DNA of 3,562 nucleotides from a virus (Duplodnaviria; Heunggongvirae; Uroviricota; Caudoviricetes): IMG/VR virus record IMGVR_UViG_2563366990_000015; one strand, 5' to 3'. Shown piece by piece: positions 1 to 3,562 of this stretch (position 1 is its first letter; each line of letters starts with the position of its first letter). The notes under the pieces were generated by a model. It saw only the letters and a program-made list of their open reading frames with translations, ran no database searches and was not told where the DNA came from. The position numbers and the translations under genes were made by a program.

Positions 1-1005
1 TCACTCTCCCGTGGACACCGAGTGGACACTTACGCCACCTTTCAGCGGATTAAGAGCCACCGCATCCTGCAAATAATCCGGCGCAAAATGTGCATACGCC
101 ATTGTTTGCTGGATAGTCGCGTGACCCAGGATCCTCTGTAGCGCAATAATGTTTCCCCCGTTCATCACAAAATGACTGGCGAACGTATGTCGCAACACAT
201 GCGCCGCCTGTCCTTTTGGCAAATCGGGTTTAACCCTTTTCAGCACCAGGCAAAATTCCCGGTACTTCACATCAAATAATCCCCCCGTCTCGCTGGTTTT
301 GATCGCCTCACAAACCGCCTGCGAGATTGGCACCGTTCTCTTACGACCGTTTTTGGTCTCAAGAAACGTCACACGATTATGAACTATCTGTTCACCACGA
401 AGCTTACTGGCTTCGCCCCAGCGTGCCCCCGTACTTAAACACAAAAGCGCAACACGCCAGTAATCGCCCTCTAGTGTATCGAGCAATAACGCCACTTCTT
501 TCTGGGACAAGAAAGCCATTTCTCGCGGGGACACATAAAGCACAGAGATTCCCCTGACCGGGTGCTCTGCATCCCATAGTCCTATTTTTTTCAGAGCGGT
601 AAACATTCCGGATAACCGGTTCATATACCTGTTAGCCGATGACGGCTTCAGTCCGTCAGCGATCCTGCGAGAACGCCAGGCAATGATTTTCAGCTTATCC
701 AGATCCACCGCCTGCATATCAGCACCAAGTTCATTGATTATGTTGCGTAATTGTTTTCGGTCTTCCTCCGCTTTACGCCTGTGCTGGCCGTGATACACCC
801 ACCACAACTCCAGCAAATCGTTCAACGTCCGGCGATCACGGTAGCCCTGTATATATTCCCGCTTCTCAGCATTCGCCATGATGTAGCGCTCAGTGGCCAC
901 CGCTACCGATTTTTTGTTAAATACCTTACGCACGCGTTTTCCCTTGCGTCCGTTCGGCCTGATATCCAGCAAATAACGACCATCTTCGAGCTTCTTAATC
1001 GACAT
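1..1005 (-). CDS. int: P2-type phage integrase (tyrosine site-specific recombinase)
   Basis: Minus-strand ORF with stop TGA at 3..1. The translation (MSIKKLEDGRYLLDIRPNGRKGKR...) resembles P2/186 integrases along its length. C-terminal catalytic signature is present: Arg in LSTGARWGEA, H-x-x-R in HVLRHTFASHF and the nucleophilic Tyr in LGHATIQQTMAYAHF. Start placed at ATG 1005..1003, preceded by GGAGGG at a good Shine-Dalgarno distance. The ORF track's extension to 1020 begins at a TTG and is less likely. Confidence 0.93.
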   Translation of the reverse strand: MSIKKLEDGRYLLDIRPNGRKGKRVRKVFNKKSVAVATERYIMANAEKREYIQGYRDRRTLNDLLELWWVYHGQHRRKAEEDRKQLRNIINELGADMQAVDLDKLKIIAWRSRRIADGLKPSSANRYMNRLSGMFTALKKIGLWDAEHPVRGISVLYVSPREMAFLSQKEVALLLDTLEGDYWRVALLCLSTGARWGEASKLRGEQIVHNRVTFLETKNGRKRTVPISQAVCEAIKTSETGGLFDVKYREFCLVLKRVKPDLPKGQAAHVLRHTFASHFVMNGGNIIALQRILGHATIQQTMAYAHFAPDYLQDAVALNPLKGGVSVHSVSTGE

Positions 1006-1101
1006 GGCGAAGCCCTCCAATGAACCGTTTTACAATTTCACCAGCTTCTTCCCAGCAATAGTCAGACCAGGCAAAAAGCAGGTCCAACCAGTTTTCTGGC
1101 C

Positions 1102-1422
1102 TCAGCGGGGTAATTTTCGGGTTGTTTCGGTTGAGTCCTGATTGCCCTCCAAATTGCAGGAGCCATCAAGAGAGAGAGCCGGGGCTATCTGTCCGGCCTC
1201 CGGCATTGTTTCATCAGTTGATAACCAGTAGGCGTACTTCTTAAATTTAGGGTGTTTTGTAACCTTAAGTAAGGCCCCCTCTGTTACTTGCTTCCCCCTC
1301 ACCTCATAGTTAGTTACTGTCCCATAAGGCAACCCCACGCAATCCGCAAACTCCTGGCGGGTCATACCTTCAGCTTCACGTATCAGGCGAAATTTTTCAC
1401 CCATGCTTGACAAAGATGCCAT
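1102..1422 (-). CDS. C: P2 C-type immunity repressor
   Basis: Translation (...GEKFRLIREAEGMTRQEFADCVGLPYGTVTNYE...KHPKFKKYAYWLSTDETMPEAGQIAPALSLDG...) matches my recollection of the ~99-aa P2 C repressor (EKIVLMRKSEYLSRQQLADLTGVPYGT...QIAPALAHFG). Stop TGA at 1104..1102. Start is uncertain: ATG 1422..1420 has GGAGG 11 nt upstream and gives a P2-like length; ATG at 1440, 1431 and 1404 are alternatives. The track's extension to 1509 runs through the repeat-rich switch region and is probably not translated. Confidence 0.8.
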   Translation of the reverse strand: MASLSSMGEKFRLIREAEGMTRQEFADCVGLPYGTVTNYEVRGKQVTEGALLKVTKHPKFKKYAYWLSTDETMPEAGQIAPALSLDGSCNLEGNQDSTETTRKLPR

Positions 1423-1436
1423 ATCGGGCATATCCT
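1407..1436 (+). promoter_or_regulatory. Candidate early promoter (Pe-like) directed toward cox
   Basis: Perfect -35 hexamer TTGACA at 1407..1412, then an 18-bp spacer and TATCCT at 1431..1436, which matches the TATAAT consensus at positions 1, 2 and 6. Orientation and position are appropriate for a rightward early promoter. The first ATCGGGCA repeat lies immediately upstream of the -10. Sequence inspection only. Confidence 0.35.
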
Positions 1437-1463
1437 CCATTGCAAACGTGCCACATCGGGCAC
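1420..1463. promoter_or_regulatory. Pair of direct repeats (CAyATCGGGCAy), candidate repressor operator half-sites
   Basis: CATATCGGGCAT at 1420..1431 and CACATCGGGCAC at 1452..1463 share a perfect 8-bp core ATCGGGCA (1423..1430 and 1455..1462), 32 bp apart, flanking the candidate -10. In P2 the C repressor binds two 8-bp direct repeats flanking the Pe -10 (recalled knowledge). The first copy overlaps the candidate C start codons. Confidence 0.4.
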
Positions 1464-1470
1464 ACACATA

Positions 1471-1510
1471 AGAAGCCAAAATAAGCCACTTTGGGCCATT
1501 TTGAGCCATT
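1471..1510. repeat. Four tandem 10-bp repeats with a phased GCCA core, candidate Cox boxes or operator array
   Basis: AGAAGCCAAA (1471..1480), ATAAGCCACT (1481..1490), TTGGGCCATT (1491..1500) and TTGAGCCATT (1501..1510). The GCCA core sits at 1475, 1485, 1495 and 1505, one helical turn apart, between the candidate Pe start and the cox start codon. The repeats are directly visible; the functional assignment is inferred. Confidence 0.5.
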
Positions 1511-1535
1511 CGAACGAATCAAGGAGATTACCACA

Positions 1536-1823
1536 ATGAGAGAATCAGAGCTTGAGGGCTTCATTCAGGTAGCGCCATATCCACTTGAGGCGGTGCCATA
1601 TCAACTATTCGCCAAGATGATTGGCCGCAAAGAATCCACCGTCAGAACCATGATTGACGCCGCAAAGCTACCAACAATTGACTTTGTGAAACCGGGTTCA
1701 GTGAAAACTCGTGCATCAGAAAACTGGGTATATCTGCCAGCATTTAACGCAGGTATGCGAAAAGCATTTTTTAATCAACCCAAAGAACAACGCGATGCAT
1801 GGCTGTTATGGCTGGGTCTGTAA
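1536..1823 (+). CDS. cox: Cox-like protein (repressor of lysogenic promoter / excision directionality factor)
   Basis: Translation (MRESELEGFIQVAPYPLEAVPYQLFAKMIGRKESTVRTMIDAAKLPTIDF...ENWVYLPAFNAGMRKAFFNQPKEQRDAWLLWLGL) resembles P2 Cox as I recall it (IPYQEFAKLIG...MIDKGKLPVID...YWVYLPAWN...WLMWLGL). ATG at 1536 follows AAGGAG with a 9-nt spacer. It is divergent from the C repressor gene, the P2 arrangement. The track's TTG start at 1491 lies inside the repeats and is rejected. Confidence 0.85.
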   Translation: MRESELEGFIQVAPYPLEAVPYQLFAKMIGRKESTVRTMIDAAKLPTIDFVKPGSVKTRASENWVYLPAFNAGMRKAFFNQPKEQRDAWLLWLGL

Positions 1824-1940
1824 CGATATATCCAGGAATTTTTCAAAACCAATATATCTACTCTGAGAGAGTTGTTTGGGCATAAAAAAGCACAGGATAA
1901 CTAAGCTGATAACCCACTACAGACACAAAAGGAAACAGCC

Positions 1941-2357
1941 ATGACTACACAAAAAGCAAAAACCATAATTAAACGATACAACGTACGTAGTGGTGTGGCT
2001 GGCGTTGTCTTTTCCGATGTGACACAGCGACGCAGCTTCCGCACTGGCACAGAACGCCACGCAGCCCGTTTCTCAACCAGTGCATCACGCAGCAACACGC
2101 ACTACAGCCTGCAGGAAACGCACGCCACGCCTGACGGGCATCTGGTTAAACAAACCGGTAAACACACCTGGCTGATTAATGATGCCGGAATTGTCATACA
2201 CAGAGGCGCACGCAACCCGATTACCGGAAATACCTGTTACTCCCTGACTCGCGGAGATGAGCAGTTCGGGCAGGATTTCACCCTGCACGAAGCATTAAGA
2301 ACGGCAGACCGGTTAATCAGCGGTCGCAGTTTTCAGCACCCGGAACATCGCCGCTGA
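1941..2357 (+). CDS. Hypothetical protein, 138 aa, no family recognised
   Basis: Longest ORF in this interval, with ATG preceded by AGGA at an 8-nt spacer (AAAGGAAACAGCCATG). Same orientation as cox and the downstream early genes. The protein is rich in Arg/Thr/His/Ser and shows no motif I can place. The only competing ORFs are shorter antisense ones. Confidence 0.55.
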   Translation: MTTQKAKTIIKRYNVRSGVAGVVFSDVTQRRSFRTGTERHAARFSTSASRSNTHYSLQETHATPDGHLVKQTGKHTWLINDAGIVIHRGARNPITGNTCYSLTRGDEQFGQDFTLHEALRTADRLISGRSFQHPEHRR

Positions 2358-2376
2358 TAAATAAAAGGATTCAGCC

Positions 2377-2619
2377 ATGATCGAAGCCTACAAAATACTT
2401 ATTAATAATGCGTTGCAGCGTTATCACTTCGAACTCGCAAACCGGGGTGTAACCCGGGACGAAGGACTTCGTAACTCACTGCGGGGCGCAATTATGGGAC
2501 TGTATAACTGCGCACTGGGCAGCGATGACCGCGAAGCACTGGAAGAATTAAAAGTTATTGTGGCCGAACTGTTTGAAGGTGAAATCGTTGAGCCTTATTT
2601 CACAGAGGTAGCAGCATGA
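2377..2619 (+). CDS. Hypothetical small early-region protein, 80 aa
   Basis: ATG at 2377 preceded by AAGGA with an 8-nt spacer. Acidic C-terminus (EELKVIVAELFEGEIVEPYFTE). Its stop TGA (2617..2619) overlaps the ATG of the next ORF as ATGA. Confidence 0.6.
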   Translation: MIEAYKILINNALQRYHFELANRGVTRDEGLRNSLRGAIMGLYNCALGSDDREALEELKVIVAELFEGEIVEPYFTEVAA

Positions 2620-2741
2620 GCGTATTTCTTTCATGGGTGATTCTGATTATTTCCGTGCTTATGGCGATTGGCATTATGCGAATTATCGAAGCGCTGAAAA
2701 ATATCGAATCTTTATTTACTGGCGAAGAACGCCGTAAATAA
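2616..2741 (+). CDS. Small predicted single-pass membrane protein, 41 aa (absent from the ORF track)
   Basis: My translation: MSVFLSWVILIISVLMAIGIMRIIEALKNIESLFTGEERRK, a ~19-residue hydrophobic stretch followed by a charged tail. GAGG at 2605..2608 sits 7 nt before the ATG at 2616. The start overlaps the upstream stop (ATGA), implying translational coupling. Stop TAA at 2739..2741. Confidence 0.5.
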   Translation: MSVFLSWVILIISVLMAIGIMRIIEALKNIESLFTGEERRK

Positions 2742-2820
2742 ATAACCAACCGGACAGAAAACATTAAAACCATCCGCATCTGCGGAGGGCTTCACTCAAT
2801 CCAGAAACGGAGAAACAGCT

Positions 2821-3099
2821 ATGAGCACCAATACACCTACAGAAATAAACAAACTATTTACCGACCCGGCGCATATTGAATTGACGCAAAAAACGCTGAC
2901 TGAAATAACCAATGTACTGGATGAAAGAATATCAGAAATAGATAAAGACAAGCATTTTGCTACTTACATGGCCCTGCAAATGCAAAGCATGGCAATGGTG
3001 ACAGCAAAACAGACCATCAGTGAACTCTATATGAAAAACCTGCGCCTCGAGCGCGAACTGGCAGAACTCCGGGCACAGTCCGGCCAGTTTTCAGCGTGA
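2821..3099 (+). CDS. Hypothetical small early-region protein, 92 aa, with coiled-coil-like C-terminus
   Basis: ATG at 2821 preceded by GGAG with a ~9-nt spacer (AACGGAGAAACAGCTATG). C-terminal heptad-like segment LYMKNLRLERELAELRAQ. Stop TGA 3097..3099 overlaps the GTG at 3096 (GTGA). Confidence 0.65.
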   Translation: MSTNTPTEINKLFTDPAHIELTQKTLTEITNVLDERISEIDKDKHFATYMALQMQSMAMVTAKQTISELYMKNLRLERELAELRAQSGQFSA

Positions 3100-3110
3100 G
3101 GGGCAGGTCG

Positions 3111-3353
3111 ATGAACAGCATATTTACCGCCACCATGCTGACGCGTTTCACCGATGCCGTGGGCCACGAGTTCATGGTGGAAAGTCATTTGATCACAACG
3201 ACCACGCCGTGCCCGTCAGACGCTGATTATCTCTACATCCATCTGGCTGACGGCACACAAATTACCGCGATTGCCAGTACCGTTCGCGAAGTAACGGCCA
3301 TCAGAGGGGCATGGAAATCAGAAACACAAGCCCACGGAGAGCTGCGGCCATGA
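3111..3353 (+). CDS. Hypothetical small early-region protein, about 80 aa
   Basis: In-frame with the track ORF 3096..3353. I prefer ATG 3111, which follows AGGGG with a 7-nt spacer, over the GTG at 3096 that overlaps the upstream stop; the true start is uncertain. Stop TGA 3351..3353 overlaps the next ATG (ATGA). Confidence 0.55.
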   Translation: MNSIFTATMLTRFTDAVGHEFMVESHLITTTTPCPSDADYLYIHLADGTQITAIASTVREVTAIRGAWKSETQAHGELRP

Positions 3354-3562
3354 TCAGCAAGTACACCACCAACGCACGTAAACCCGGTAAAGACGCACGC
3401 CACCACATCGCCGTACTCCGCAATCTGTTACTGGAGGAAATCGACGACTTCACGGCGACGCTGAGCGGTCCGGGCGCACCAGTAACACCAGGTGAGATCC
3501 ACCGGGACCTTAAACGCCGTATTGAAAACGCCATTGATTACACCCTGAACCCGACCGAATAA
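3350..3562 (+). CDS. Hypothetical small early-region protein, about 70 aa
   Basis: Track ORF 3311..3562. I prefer ATG 3350 (MISKYTTNARKPGKDARHHIAVLRNLLLEEIDDF...), which follows GGAGAG with an ~8-nt spacer and overlaps the upstream stop as ATGA. ATG 3311 would overlap the previous gene by 43 nt and has its GAGGGG only 1 nt away. Stop TAA at 3560..3562, the last bases of the window. Confidence 0.5.
   Translation: MISKYTTNARKPGKDARHHIAVLRNLLLEEIDDFTATLSGPGAPVTPGEIHRDLKRRIENAIDYTLNPTE

Noticed and set aside
327-557. Plus-strand 76-aa ORF inside the integrase gene
   Set aside because: It lies entirely antisense to a well-supported, full-length integrase and has no ribosome-binding site or recognisable protein features; this is a chance open frame.
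751-1023. Plus-strand 90-aa ORF overlapping the 5' part of int
   Set aside because: Antisense to the conserved integrase N-terminal region; a shadow ORF with no independent support.
1006-1101. Possible terminator or independent promoter between C and int
   Set aside because: No GC-rich hairpin with a following U-tract and no convincing -35/-10 pair is visible; int is most likely co-transcribed with C as in P2.
1423-1509. N-terminal extension of the C repressor ORF to ATG 1509 (135-aa version)
   Set aside because: The extension would be translated through the operator-like and 10-bp repeat arrays and would overlap the cox ribosome-binding region. It would also make the protein much longer than the ~99-aa P2 C. 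An internal start (1422, or 1440/1404) is more plausible.
1491-1535. TTG start at 1491 for cox (110-aa version)
   Set aside because: ATG 1536 has a strong AAGGAG site at ideal spacing and gives a P2-Cox-like length; the TTG lies inside the tandem repeat array.
1901-2288. Two minus-strand ORFs (1901..2098 and 2085..2288)
   Set aside because: They are antisense to the longer plus-strand 138-aa ORF, opposite to the direction of the early operon, have no convincing ribosome-binding sites and overlap each other. They cannot be fully excluded, since the 138-aa ORF is itself unvalidated.
3311-3349. ATG 3311 as start of the last gene (83-aa version)
   Set aside because: It would overlap the preceding gene by 43 nt in another frame and its GAGGGG is only 1 nt upstream. 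ATG 3350 has better spacing and the same ATGA coupling seen elsewhere in the operon. Not excluded.
3301-3534. Minus-strand 77-aa ORF
   Set aside because: Antisense to two coupled plus-strand genes in a uniformly rightward operon, with a Pro/Ser/Arg-rich low-complexity translation typical of a shadow frame.
1-3562. CRISPR array, tRNA/rRNA gene or insertion sequence
   Set aside because: No regularly spaced repeat-spacer structure, no tRNA-like cloverleaf candidates and no transposase or terminal inverted repeats were seen; the only repeats are short regulatory-type repeats in the switch region.

Overview
This window reads as the lysogeny/lysis switch and start of the early operon of a P2-like temperate phage (probably a prophage in an enterobacterial host). 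On the minus strand are a complete P2-type tyrosine integrase (1..1005) and a P2 C-type immunity repressor (1102..~1422). On the plus strand a Cox-like protein (1536..1823) is followed by six small genes (1941..3562), three of them joined by overlapping stop/start codons; none has a function I can assign from sequence. The C-cox intergenic region (about 1405-1535) carries a candidate early promoter, a pair of 8-bp direct repeats and four GCCA-core repeats phased at exactly 10 bp, consistent with operator and Cox-box elements. No tRNA, rRNA, CRISPR or IS element is visible. The att site (left of position 1) and the replication gene (right of 3562) are expected off-window. All family assignments rest on my reading of the translations and recalled P2 biology; no database search was run.
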